Shown: one piece after another, positions 37,095-45,841 of the stretch
Layout: the number at the start of each line of letters is the position of its first letter
How positions within the stretch are numbered: the stretch's first letter is position 1
Translations under genes and position numbers: made by a program
Assembly: GCA_022574495.1 (NCBI GenBank)
Contig: JACZRW010000001.1
Location: 1-52,549 of the forward strand
Direction: 5' to 3'
DNA length: 52,549 nucleotides
Source: Patescibacteria group bacterium
GTDB taxonomy: Bacteria; Patescibacteriota; Microgenomatia; Woykebacterales; RBG-16-39-9b
Notes under the pieces: model-generated
Databases searched by the model: none
Seen by the model: the letters and a program-made list of their open reading frames with translations, nothing else
Told to the model about the DNA's origin: nothing

Positions 37095-37136
37095 GGCTCG
37101 GAATGGACGAAAATCCACTCTGGGCTAGTTTTTTTT
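37095..37136 (+). terminator. Intrinsic terminator closing island E
   Basis: GGCTCGGAATGGA-CGAAAA-TCCACTCTGGGCT, then AG and 8 T. Three G-U pairs make the stem valid only on the plus strand. Confidence 0.6.
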
Positions 37137-38008
37137 CAAAAAAATCTATTTAAAGAAAATATTAATTTTACTATTGGGTTGTAATATTTTACAAATGATC
37201 CTAGATAAGTAACTTCTTTTCCGCCAAAACCTCTTTTGAAATGAGTAAACCCCGCCCATTTTTTAGTAGCTTTTATTCTAGGATCTATAATTCCTTCAAA
37301 ATCGAATTCTTTATAACCTTTTTCTTTAGAAAGTTTTATTGCCTCCCAAACTACTAAATAAGGTGCTAAAAGTTCTCGGTTTTGCTTGGAAGATGCCGCT
37401 TCATAATAATAAGCTTTATTGTCGTAAAACATTAGAAATGCTCCAGCCAAAATGGCCTTATTCTTTTTTGCAAACAAAATCATTTTATTCTCACTGGGCA
37501 AAGAATTCCAAAGAAGTTTGGATTCTCTTTCTGAAGTCCAAAAACCCTTACGCTTAGAAGTTTCTTTGTGAAGTTTCAAAAATTTGTCAATATCAAGGGA
37601 TTTTTCTACTACCACCCCTTCCCGAACTGACCTCCTTATACTATAGCGAGTGTCTTTCTCCATATTTTTCAATAGCATTTCTTCAGGAGGGTTTAAGTCA
37701 ATAACGATTGTCTTTGTTGGCTGAAGACCCCAACTATCAATCTGAAACTTATTTGATTTTAATTCCGTCAATATTTTTTCGTCGCCAACACTAGAATTGG
37801 TTTCTAGCTTTACAAAAAACGCCCCTTCTTTCTTAGCAACCTTGTCAATTTTGCTAAAGGGTATTTTTGATTCTATTCTAGGAACTTTTATTAATGATCC
37901 AAAAGGAATTTTTCTGATAAAGATTTTCCTTGAATCCGTATCTACCGTTTTCCAGCCAAGTTTTTCCAAATATATCTGCCAATAATCGGATTGGCGTATA
38001 TCGGTCAT
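37136..38008 (-). CDS. FemAB-family peptidoglycan interpeptide-bridge aminoacyltransferase
   Basis: 290 aa. WQIYLEKLGW, KDTRYSIRR, AYYYEAASS and FDFEGI resemble the FemX/FemAB GNAT pair. Confidence 0.75.
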   Translation of the reverse strand: MTDIRQSDYWQIYLEKLGWKTVDTDSRKIFIRKIPFGSLIKVPRIESKIPFSKIDKVAKKEGAFFVKLETNSSVGDEKILTELKSNKFQIDSWGLQPTKTIVIDLNPPEEMLLKNMEKDTRYSIRRSVREGVVVEKSLDIDKFLKLHKETSKRKGFWTSERESKLLWNSLPSENKMILFAKKNKAILAGAFLMFYDNKAYYYEAASSKQNRELLAPYLVVWEAIKLSKEKGYKEFDFEGIIDPRIKATKKWAGFTHFKRGFGGKEVTYLGSFVKYYNPIVKLIFSLNRFF

Positions 38009-38039
38009 AATGGATTAATTTTAACACGTCGTTCATGTC

Positions 38040-38089
38040 ATTCTGAATTAATTTCAGAATCTCTGTTGATCCTGAATCAAGTTCAGGAT
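38040..38089. promoter_or_regulatory. Two tandem related palindromes upstream of femAB
   Basis: ATTCTGAA-TTAAT-TTCAGAAT (38040-38060) and ATCCTGAA-TCAAG-TTCAGGAT (38069-38089). Confidence 0.4.
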
Positions 38090-38121
38090 GACTTCTAAGT
38101 TACTTTAAATCTAGGGAAAAA

Positions 38122-38790
38122 TTAATTTTTGAGTATATATAAATCAGTTTGTCTAGAGCTCCACCAGCCCGTTTTTATGCTATCAAACCCAAGATCTATC
38201 ACGTTTCCTTTGATTGCCCCACCCGTATCCCCAGCGATAGCGATTCCATACCCAGGTACATATACTTTAGAACCAAGGGGAATTACTTGTGGATCCACAG
38301 CAATCACACCATACCCTGCTTTTAAACCTAACGCGGTGGTGCCACTACACCCGTAACAGGTGGAGTCGTAGGACGTTGCAAAAACCGAAAGTTTCTTAGT
38401 GTATTTTAAGGTTCCTTGAGGAGTCTTTATACTTCCTGGTTTTGAAGGTTCTACGAATATAGATGTTTGAAAAGATATTGGGGGTTGGTTGGAAGGATTT
38501 TTTATAATGTTATTAACGGAATTATTTTTAGCTGGTGGTTTTTTTAGTATTGTTTTTTCTGTGTCCAGCGGACCGACGCCAGCATTCAGGTGAGGAAGAT
38601 TGCTCAGTGAAGATTCTACAAGAGATTTAGTTGTATCTATAGATGTTAAGCTGGTTTGAGCAATGAGGGCTGCGGAGATTAAGAAAAAGCTGCCAATATA
38701 TTTCGATGGAATTCTGGCTACCACGAGAGTAGATATAGATTTTGTAGTATAGAGAGATTCACTCATCCAGCCTGCCAGCGGTTTGAGCAT
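38122..38790 (-). CDS. 3D-domain (MltA/YabE-like) cell-wall protein
   Basis: C-terminal ATSYDSTCYGCSGTTALG...VIAVDPQVIPLGSKVYVPGYG..IAGDTGGAIKGNVIDL is the 3D-domain signature. Confidence 0.7.
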   Translation of the reverse strand: MLKPLAGWMSESLYTTKSISTLVVARIPSKYIGSFFLISAALIAQTSLTSIDTTKSLVESSLSNLPHLNAGVGPLDTEKTILKKPPAKNNSVNNIIKNPSNQPPISFQTSIFVEPSKPGSIKTPQGTLKYTKKLSVFATSYDSTCYGCSGTTALGLKAGYGVIAVDPQVIPLGSKVYVPGYGIAIAGDTGGAIKGNVIDLGFDSIKTGWWSSRQTDLYILKN

Positions 38791-38910
38791 ATTAAATATA
38801 TAATAGGTAAAAGTTTTACTTTAGTAAAGTTGACTTGTGGTGTTAGAATCATCAACCCTACTTCGCCAAAGGCTACCTATAGCTTTAGCGACGGGTGGTG
38901 TGAAGTGGTG

Positions 38911-40755
38911 TCAGTATTTTATTGAAATGATTAATTCTTCGGGAATGTCTAATATAAATCTAGACACAACTCCTTCTGTCCTTGCCCCAAAATACAACCT
39001 TTTTTGAGTGTAAGTTAAATAAAGCTGATCTCTTGCGCGAGTTATTCCCACGTAACATAATCGTCTTTCTTCTTCAAGCTCGTAGTTATCGCCCATGGAT
39101 CGACTGTGTGGAAAAAGACCCTCCTCCATTCCAACCATAAATACCACCGGAAATTCCAGTCCTTTAGCAGCATGGAAAGTCATTAACGTTACTGTTTCCT
39201 TTCCATCAGAATCGATTTTTTTGTTCTTAGGCGAGTATTCTCTTTCTACTAGAGCAACATTTTCTAGAAAATCGGTAAGATTAGGGTATTCGGTGGCTAC
39301 ACTTCTTAGTTCCTTTACGTTTTCCACTCTCGCTGCGCCTTCGGTTGTCCCATCTTCGAGAAAGTCTAAATACTTTGTATCGGTCAATACAATATCGATG
39401 ATATCGATAGTTTGCAGTTGGACACTTTTTTCCTTTAAAGTTTTAATAATGCTCCAAAAACCCTTCACTTTTGGATTTTGGCTGTTTTGCAAAGCGGCTG
39501 GACCTATGCCTCGGGGTGGTGTATTTACAGCTCGCCTGAAACTTATTTGATCATCTGGGTTCACTAATAGTTTTAGATAGGCTGTTACATCTTTAATTTC
39601 TTTTCTTTCATAAAACCTAGTCCCTCCGACTAATGTGTAGGGCATTCCTGATCTAAGAAGCGCTTCTTCCAAAACTCGACTTTGGGAATTTGTCCGATAA
39701 AGGATCGCGAAACTTTTTAGATCAAAACCTTGGCTAGTTTTAATCAACCCTTCGATTGTTCTGATTATATATTCCGCTTCCTCCACCTCATCCTTACCTT
39801 CATAAAGTATTAAGGGTATCCCTTCTTGGTTTTTCGTCCATAGATTTAATACCGGATGAGAACGGTTTTTAGAAATTACGCTTGTGGCCGCCGTTAAAAT
39901 TTTCTTGGTGCTTCTGTAATTCTGCTCAAGGTTGAAAATTTTTCCTTCAGGGAAATCCTTTGAAAAGTTAAGAATATTTCGAAAATCCGCTCCCCTCCAA
40001 CCATAAATCGCTTGGGAAGCATCACCTACTACAAATAAATTCCTTTCCTTTTGGGCCAAGAGTTTGATGAAAGTATATTGAGCTTTATTGGTGTCTTGAT
40101 ATTCATCAACTAGTATATATTTCCAACGCCTTTGATATTTCTCTAACACCTCAGGATATTTTTGAAAAAGAACCACTGTATGAAAAAGCAAATCATCAAA
40201 ATCTAGAGCCTTACTTTTTTGCAGAGCTTTTTGATACTCGTTGTAAACTTTAGAGACAATTTCTTGGAAGTATCCCTTGGAAAAGCCTTGATACTCAGTG
40301 GGCCCGATAAGTTCACTTTTGGCAGATTCTATGGCCCCCTTCACCGATCCAGGAGTAAAATTCTTTGTGCTTATATCTAATTCCTTCATTACATCTTTAA
40401 CCAATTTCAGGCTGTCTGAATCGTCAAAAATTGTAAAATTAGGACTAATGCCGATAAATCCGCCAGACTCTCGAAGAATTTTGGCGTTGATTGAGTGAAA
40501 AGTGCCCATCCAAAGTGGAACTGTTTCCACCAACTTGCGAATTCTAACCTTCATTTCGTTCGCCGCTTTGTTGGTAAATGTTACAGATAAAATATCTGGA
40601 GGTGGTACTTTTAGTTCGTCAATCAAATAAGCGATTCTGTGGGTAATCACACGAGTTTTACCAGAGCCGGGTCCAGATAAAACAAGACTTGGGCCCTTTA
40701 TATATTTAACCGCTTGTTGTTGTGTTGAATTTAAATTCGCTAGAATTTTTTCCAC
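38911..40755 (-). CDS. pcrA: ATP-dependent DNA helicase PcrA/UvrD
   Basis: GPGSGKTRV, VDEYQDTN, NYRS, LMTFHAAKGLEFPVV, YVGITRA. GTG at 40755 lies 7 nt after a TGgTAATAT box; the track ORF extends to 40806. Confidence 0.85.
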   Translation of the reverse strand: MEKILANLNSTQQQAVKYIKGPSLVLSGPGSGKTRVITHRIAYLIDELKVPPPDILSVTFTNKAANEMKVRIRKLVETVPLWMGTFHSINAKILRESGGFIGISPNFTIFDDSDSLKLVKDVMKELDISTKNFTPGSVKGAIESAKSELIGPTEYQGFSKGYFQEIVSKVYNEYQKALQKSKALDFDDLLFHTVVLFQKYPEVLEKYQRRWKYILVDEYQDTNKAQYTFIKLLAQKERNLFVVGDASQAIYGWRGADFRNILNFSKDFPEGKIFNLEQNYRSTKKILTAATSVISKNRSHPVLNLWTKNQEGIPLILYEGKDEVEEAEYIIRTIEGLIKTSQGFDLKSFAILYRTNSQSRVLEEALLRSGMPYTLVGGTRFYERKEIKDVTAYLKLLVNPDDQISFRRAVNTPPRGIGPAALQNSQNPKVKGFWSIIKTLKEKSVQLQTIDIIDIVLTDTKYLDFLEDGTTEGAARVENVKELRSVATEYPNLTDFLENVALVEREYSPKNKKIDSDGKETVTLMTFHAAKGLEFPVVFMVGMEEGLFPHSRSMGDNYELEEERRLCYVGITRARDQLYLTYTQKRLYFGARTEGVVSRFILDIPEELIISIKY

Positions 40756-40833
40756 ATCAACTATATTACCACAGCAAAAAATTGTGAAATCAGTAACAAA
40801 AATCAAAAATCATTATGCTATACTTTGTTTACT

Positions 40834-41100
40834 ATGGTTGAATTACTTGACTTTTATGCAGATTGGTGCGGCCCCTGTAAAATAATGGAACCAATTATGG
40901 AAGAACTGGAAAAAGAAATGGGTGATAAAGTAAAAATCACCAAAATTGATGTTGACCAAAAACAAGAAGAAGCAAGTAAATACGGGGTGATGAGTATACC
41001 CACCTATATAATTTTGAAGGATAGTAAAGAGGTGGATAGATTCATTGGAGCCACCAGCAAAGAAAACGTTGTTCAAAAACTTAAACCTCACCTGTCATAA
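40834..41100 (+). CDS. trxA: Thioredoxin (short form)
   Basis: DFYADWCGPCK active site. The ATG lies 9 nt after TGcTATACT (40816-40824). Confidence 0.85.
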   Translation: MVELLDFYADWCGPCKIMEPIMEELEKEMGDKVKITKIDVDQKQEEASKYGVMSIPTYIILKDSKEVDRFIGATSKENVVQKLKPHLS

Positions 41101-41113
41101 AATTTTTTTTGAA

Positions 41114-41135
41114 AAAAATTCGCACTCGTAACTTC
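41114..41135 (-). repeat. Reverse-complement copy of the 22-nt groES-leader element
   Basis: AAAAATTCGCACTCGTAACTTC equals the reverse complement of 3594-3615. Confidence 0.9.
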
Positions 41136-41254
41136 CAAACTTGAGGTTTTTTAGCTACTTGTGCCTTGAGCGTACTTGGCGAATAATAAAATATTAAGTT
41201 TTCAAGTTTTTATACCCTCGACTAACCACTATCATTTAGAATAAAATAGTTATT

Positions 41255-42259
41255 ATGAAGTCGATAAAAGAAGCTGATGTATCTGGTAAAAGAGTAATTG
41301 TGCGTTGTGATTTTGACGTGCCTGTTAATGACGGAAAAATTGGAGATGATACCAGAATAAACGATAGTATACCGACATTGAAGTATTTGTTGGGTAAAGG
41401 AGCGAAGCTATTTCTTATTTCTAAAATTGGACGGCCAAAGTTTAGAGACCCTAGTTTGAGTTTTAAGTTAATCTTACCCAAAGTCTCAGAAAAATTAGGT
41501 AAGGAAGTTGTATTAAAAGAAAATGTTGAGGGTGATTCTTCTGAAGAAGTAATTTTGTTGGAAAACATTCGGTTTTGGCCCGAGGAGAAAAAAAACGATC
41601 TTGAATTTGGTAAAAAATTAGCCTCGTTTGGCGATATTTACGTAAATGAATGTTTTGCTACCTCCCACCGAACAGATGCTTCTATTGTCGGTATCCCCAA
41701 AATATTACCCGCGTTTGCAGGATTAAATTTAATTAAGGAAGTAAACGAACTAGAAAAGATCTTGAAAGATCATGAAAAACCATTGGTAGCCATAGTTGGC
41801 GGTGCGAAGCTAGAAACTAAACTCCCTGCGATTAACAATTTAGCAAAGGTTTCTGATAGAGTTTTGGTTGGTGGGAGACTAATGTTTGAAGTAGAACGCC
41901 AAACTCTGCCTGATAATGTTGTTATTGCCCCGGATGATATTGACCAGAAAGATATAGGCCCAAAATCGGTGGATTCTTTTAGAAAAATAATTCAAGAAGC
42001 CAAAACAATTGTTTGGAATGGTCCCATGGGTGTTTTTGAGGAAGAAAAATATTCGGACGGTACCAAACAAATCGCAGAAGCAGTGGCCTTAGCTGACGCA
42101 CATACTATAATTGGAGGTGGAGATACGGTTGCAGCTGTAGATAAATATAATTTGCTTGGTAAAATAGATTATGTATCCACTGGAGGTGGGGCAATGCTTG
42201 ACTTTTTATCCGGAAAAAAACTGCCCGGTTTAATCGCTTTGGGGTATTACGATGATTAA
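41255..42259 (+). CDS. pgk: Phosphoglycerate kinase (compact, 334 aa)
   Basis: RCDFDVP, GDDTRI, IGRPK, NIRF, GGAKLETK, WNGPMGVFE, GGGD. Confidence 0.9.
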   Translation: MKSIKEADVSGKRVIVRCDFDVPVNDGKIGDDTRINDSIPTLKYLLGKGAKLFLISKIGRPKFRDPSLSFKLILPKVSEKLGKEVVLKENVEGDSSEEVILLENIRFWPEEKKNDLEFGKKLASFGDIYVNECFATSHRTDASIVGIPKILPAFAGLNLIKEVNELEKILKDHEKPLVAIVGGAKLETKLPAINNLAKVSDRVLVGGRLMFEVERQTLPDNVVIAPDDIDQKDIGPKSVDSFRKIIQEAKTIVWNGPMGVFEEEKYSDGTKQIAEAVALADAHTIIGGGDTVAAVDKYNLLGKIDYVSTGGGAMLDFLSGKKLPGLIALGYYDD

Positions 42260-42794
42260 AAAATGGAAAATATTAGAGTCAAAAGAAATCTATTCTTCAC
42301 ATTTTATCACCCTCAAGGAAGAAAAACTGGAAAGACCAGACGGTAAGATAGTTACGCCTTATTATGCCATTGAAAGACCGGACGTTGTATATGTAATCGC
42401 ATTGACTAAAAATATAGAAATTGTTTTAGTTTACCAATATAAGAATGGGATAAAAGATCTTGTTTTGGAGTTGCCAGCGGGATTTGTTGATAAAGGAGAA
42501 TCACCAAAAGAAGCAGCAAAAAGAGAGCTTTTAGAAGAGACAGGTTATTCAGGGAAAGGTTTCACCAAGATTGGTGGGTTTAACTCAGGAGCTGGCCTTT
42601 CGCGTAACACAAATTATTTTTATGTAGTTAAAGATGTAGAGAAAACATCAGAACAAAATTTAGATGAGAATGAGGAAATCGATGTTAAAGTCTTTCCCTT
42701 TAATAAAATATTATTTAATATAAAGAATTGGAATAGTATACTGCCTGAGGTGCAATCCCAACTTGGGATTTTACTAGCGGAGAAGCTTATATGA
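42252..42794 (+). CDS. NUDIX hydrolase (ADP-ribose pyrophosphatase-like)
   Basis: Nudix box GFVDKGESPKEAAKRELLEETGY. Confidence 0.8.
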   Translation: MIKKWKILESKEIYSSHFITLKEEKLERPDGKIVTPYYAIERPDVVYVIALTKNIEIVLVYQYKNGIKDLVLELPAGFVDKGESPKEAAKRELLEETGYSGKGFTKIGGFNSGAGLSRNTNYFYVVKDVEKTSEQNLDENEEIDVKVFPFNKILFNIKNWNSILPEVQSQLGILLAEKLI

Positions 42795-43501
42795 AAAAAC
42801 CAATTGTAATAGCAAACTGGAAAGCAACAAAAACTATTAAAGAAACAGTTGAATGGATAAAAAACACTAAATCGGATTTGGAAAAGAGCAACGACGCAGA
42901 TATAATAATTTGCCCGCCATTTCCCTCATTATCTATCGCAGCATCGTTATTAAAAGACACAAATGTAAAAGTGGGAGCTCAAGATGTATCAAAATTTAAG
43001 AAAGGTGCTTATACAGGGGAGATTACCGCAGAAATGCTTGATGGTTTAGTGGAGTATTGTATTATTGGCCACTCAGAGAGAAGAAAACATTTTGGTGAGA
43101 CAGATGACGATGTTATAGAAAAAGTAAAAAACCTTTTGGAATACTCAATTACCCCCATTCTTTGTGTTAGTAACCTAGATCAGCTAGATTCGTATTTAGA
43201 AAGAGGTGAGATAGTAGTTGACTCAGCAGAAAAGATTATTTTCGTTTATGAACCTCCAGATGCAATTTCTGGAGGTGGGGCCTACAAGCCAAATTCACTT
43301 GAAGATGCGAATGAAAAAGCAGGTAATATTGGAGAAAAGATAGGTAAAAAAGTTACTACGTTGTACGGAGGTAGCATAAATCCAGACAACGCACCTTCAT
43401 TTTTTTCTAAGGAAAATATTGATGGTGGTCTTATTGGTCAAGCAAGTACAGACCCAAAGACTTTTCTTGAAATAATCAACAGTACTTATAACCCTACCTA
43501 A
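42791..43501 (+). CDS. tpiA: Triosephosphate isomerase
   Basis: IANWKA, GAYTGEI, IIGHSERR, YEPPDAI, GGSI. Confidence 0.9.
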   Translation: MKKPIVIANWKATKTIKETVEWIKNTKSDLEKSNDADIIICPPFPSLSIAASLLKDTNVKVGAQDVSKFKKGAYTGEITAEMLDGLVEYCIIGHSERRKHFGETDDDVIEKVKNLLEYSITPILCVSNLDQLDSYLERGEIVVDSAEKIIFVYEPPDAISGGGAYKPNSLEDANEKAGNIGEKIGKKVTTLYGGSINPDNAPSFFSKENIDGGLIGQASTDPKTFLEIINSTYNPT

Positions 43502-43513
43502 GCAAATAATAAT

Positions 43514-44674
43514 ATGAAGTATGTAGATCTTGGGGCTCCCTCGTATAAAGACGAGAAAAAAGAAAAAAAGAAAAAAATTGTAAAATTTACAATAGCCGCT
43601 CTTCTTCTGAGCATTGTATTGTATGGTGGTTATTTATTTTATTGGCCTATCTCTCAGCTTATAAAGGAAATAATTAACAATCCGGGTATAGTGTTCTCCC
43701 TTATAAAAGACCCACTCGGAGATTTGGATTCTACCGATGGTAGAACTAATATTTTACTTTTGGGTATAGATAAAAGAGAAGGTACGCCGTTTTCTTATAA
43801 AGACCAAGAAGGTATTACCCACAAAAATGGATTTCTGACAGACACCATCATTGTTTTATCAGTTGGTAAAGAAACAAAAGATGCAGTAATGATTTCTATA
43901 CCTAGAGACATTTGGGTAGAGATCCCAGGTTGGGATGATTACCCGGATAGTGCCGGTAAGATAAATTCAGTATATTCGGTTGGTAATATTCAGGATTATC
44001 CTGGAGGGGGTTTAGAATTAGCCAAAAAGGTTGTTTCAAAAAATCTAGGTATACCAATTCATTATGCTACCAGAATAGATTTTGGAGGTTTTAGAAATAC
44101 AATAAACACCCTTGAGGGGATTGAAGTTAAAGTGGATAAGACCTTCGATGACTATAACTACCCTGTTGAGGGAAAGGAAAACGCCGTTTGTTCGGACGGA
44201 TCCTTTTCCTGTAGATATAAACGCATTCATTTTGACGCTGGCTTGCAGAAAATGGACGGAGAAACTGCACTTGTGTATGTCCGTTCTAGAAAAGGAACAA
44301 ACGGAGAAGGTAATGATTTTGCAAGAGCAGCCCGGCAGCAAAAAGTTTTAGTTGCGGTGCGAAAAAAAGCTTTATCATTGTCAAATTTATTGGAACCAAA
44401 TAAAGTAAATAACTTGTTTAAAGATTTTGGAGAGTCAGTTGAGACTGACTTTAGTTTAAATTTATACCCAGCTGCACTGCAGTTATTTAAGGGAGTAGAT
44501 ACTTCGGCTATAAAGAATCTGGTACTAGACAATACCAAAGATGGTTATTTGTATTCTCCAAACCCAGCCCAATACGGTGGTGCCTACGTGCTGTTACCTA
44601 AAGGTGAGAATTGGGAAAAAATACAGAAAAAAATACACAGTTTCCTATTTCCCCCAAAGGAAAATTCGGAATGA
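43514..44674 (+). CDS. LytR-CpsA-Psr (LCP) family protein
   Basis: N-terminal TM helix, TNILLLGIDKREG, TDTIIVLSV, SIPRD, RSRKGT..GNDFARAARQQKV. Confidence 0.8.
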   Translation: MKYVDLGAPSYKDEKKEKKKKIVKFTIAALLLSIVLYGGYLFYWPISQLIKEIINNPGIVFSLIKDPLGDLDSTDGRTNILLLGIDKREGTPFSYKDQEGITHKNGFLTDTIIVLSVGKETKDAVMISIPRDIWVEIPGWDDYPDSAGKINSVYSVGNIQDYPGGGLELAKKVVSKNLGIPIHYATRIDFGGFRNTINTLEGIEVKVDKTFDDYNYPVEGKENAVCSDGSFSCRYKRIHFDAGLQKMDGETALVYVRSRKGTNGEGNDFARAARQQKVLVAVRKKALSLSNLLEPNKVNNLFKDFGESVETDFSLNLYPAALQLFKGVDTSAIKNLVLDNTKDGYLYSPNPAQYGGAYVLLPKGENWEKIQKKIHSFLFPPKENSE

Positions 44675-45315
44675 AATATATTATTCATGGAGATGATTTA
44701 ACTTCCTCCAGGAAGTACCTAGAGGTTCTTAAAAATAAATACCAAGAATCCATAACCTTGGAAGGGGAAAGGCTTAACTTGGAAAATTTTTCGGAAGTAG
44801 CCTTAAACTCATCCTTGTTTTTAAAAAAAACGGTAATAATTATAGAAAATTATTCTGGATCCGAAAAAATATTTGAAGTTAGTACTTTGCATGATGTAGT
44901 ATTTTGGTGGTCAAAGACCATAATTAAGATCCCTAAAGTTGATAAAATCGTTTTATTTAAAAATCAACAGGCTTATGGGATTTTTAAATTTGCAGATACA
45001 GTAGGTTTGAAACAAGAAAAAACCTCTCTGCTCCTACTTAACGGGTTGTTTGAAGAAAGAGTTCCTCCAGAAAAAATAATCTCAATCCTCACTAGACAAT
45101 TTAAACTTATCACCCAGGTTTTGGATGGGAGTATAGATAAAGTGAGTAAGAGTGATTTTGTCCGAAATAAAATTGAATCTCAAGCAAAAGATTGGAATTT
45201 GAAAAAAATTCACGGAGCACTTACGCTATTGTTTCTTACAGATATTAAAATCAAAAAAGGTGAGGTAAAGCCGGTGTCAGCGCTTACTTTTTTAACTCAC
45301 CAACTCTGCTCTTAA
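44671..45315 (+). CDS. Possible DNA polymerase III delta subunit (HolA-like)
   Basis: ATGA overlap with the LCP stop. N-terminal YIIHGDDLTSSRKYL resembles the delta N-terminus. Weak call based on size and pattern only. Confidence 0.35.
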   Translation: MKYIIHGDDLTSSRKYLEVLKNKYQESITLEGERLNLENFSEVALNSSLFLKKTVIIIENYSGSEKIFEVSTLHDVVFWWSKTIIKIPKVDKIVLFKNQQAYGIFKFADTVGLKQEKTSLLLLNGLFEERVPPEKIISILTRQFKLITQVLDGSIDKVSKSDFVRNKIESQAKDWNLKKIHGALTLLFLTDIKIKKGEVKPVSALTFLTHQLCS

Positions 45316-45328
45316 GTTATCATAAAGC

Positions 45329-45811
45329 CTATTTTTTGGCATCAAAAAACGGAGAAAGTAAAGCGGTTTTTACAGGTTCAAAAAGTTCACCATCAATACT
45401 ATCCATATGTTTACCTTCAGACACTATTTTGTAATAATAGTAAGTATCAGGATTCAAATTGGTTAAGGTAACTGTGTGTTCTTTAGTCTCGTATTCAAGT
45501 ATTTTTTCACTCATAACTTTATTATCATAAGCTTTTTGGTATAAACTTTCGGGAGAGCGTCCGTATAGAATGTAGCCGTTAGCACTAGTGGTTGTTTTCC
45601 AAGTAACAGTAAAGGATTGGTTACTTATGTTCGTAACAGATAACAAACTTGGTTCTGGTATACTTCCAAAGCGCAGAAAATCTTTTGCCCAGAAGAAGGA
45701 GAAAAAAAGTACCGTTGCGATTAAAATAAAGCTAAAGAAACCTATGATATTCTCAGTTTTGGAACTGTTATCAAAATGATAATTTTGTACAGATAGGCCT
45801 TCTGTTGTCAT
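45329..45811 (-). CDS. Membrane-anchored fibronectin-type-III-like protein
   Basis: TM helix, then SFTVTWKTTTSANGYILYG...HTVTLTNLNPDTYYYYKI. Confidence 0.5.
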   Translation of the reverse strand: MTTEGLSVQNYHFDNSSKTENIIGFFSFILIATVLFFSFFWAKDFLRFGSIPEPSLLSVTNISNQSFTVTWKTTTSANGYILYGRSPESLYQKAYDNKVMSEKILEYETKEHTVTLTNLNPDTYYYYKIVSEGKHMDSIDGELFEPVKTALLSPFFDAKK

Positions 45812-45841
45812 TTGGGCAGAGTTTGTTTAGCTTTGGGTTAC

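Larger units (their letters stand above)
36392..37136 (+). ncRNA. Unclassified ~745-nt promoter-to-terminator transcript (island E); G+C-rich structured core at 36555-37050
   Basis: Bounded by a consensus promoter and a plus-strand-specific terminator. It has many stable hairpins and only one short SD-preceded ORF. I could not fit RNase P, tmRNA or SRP signatures. Confidence 0.35.
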
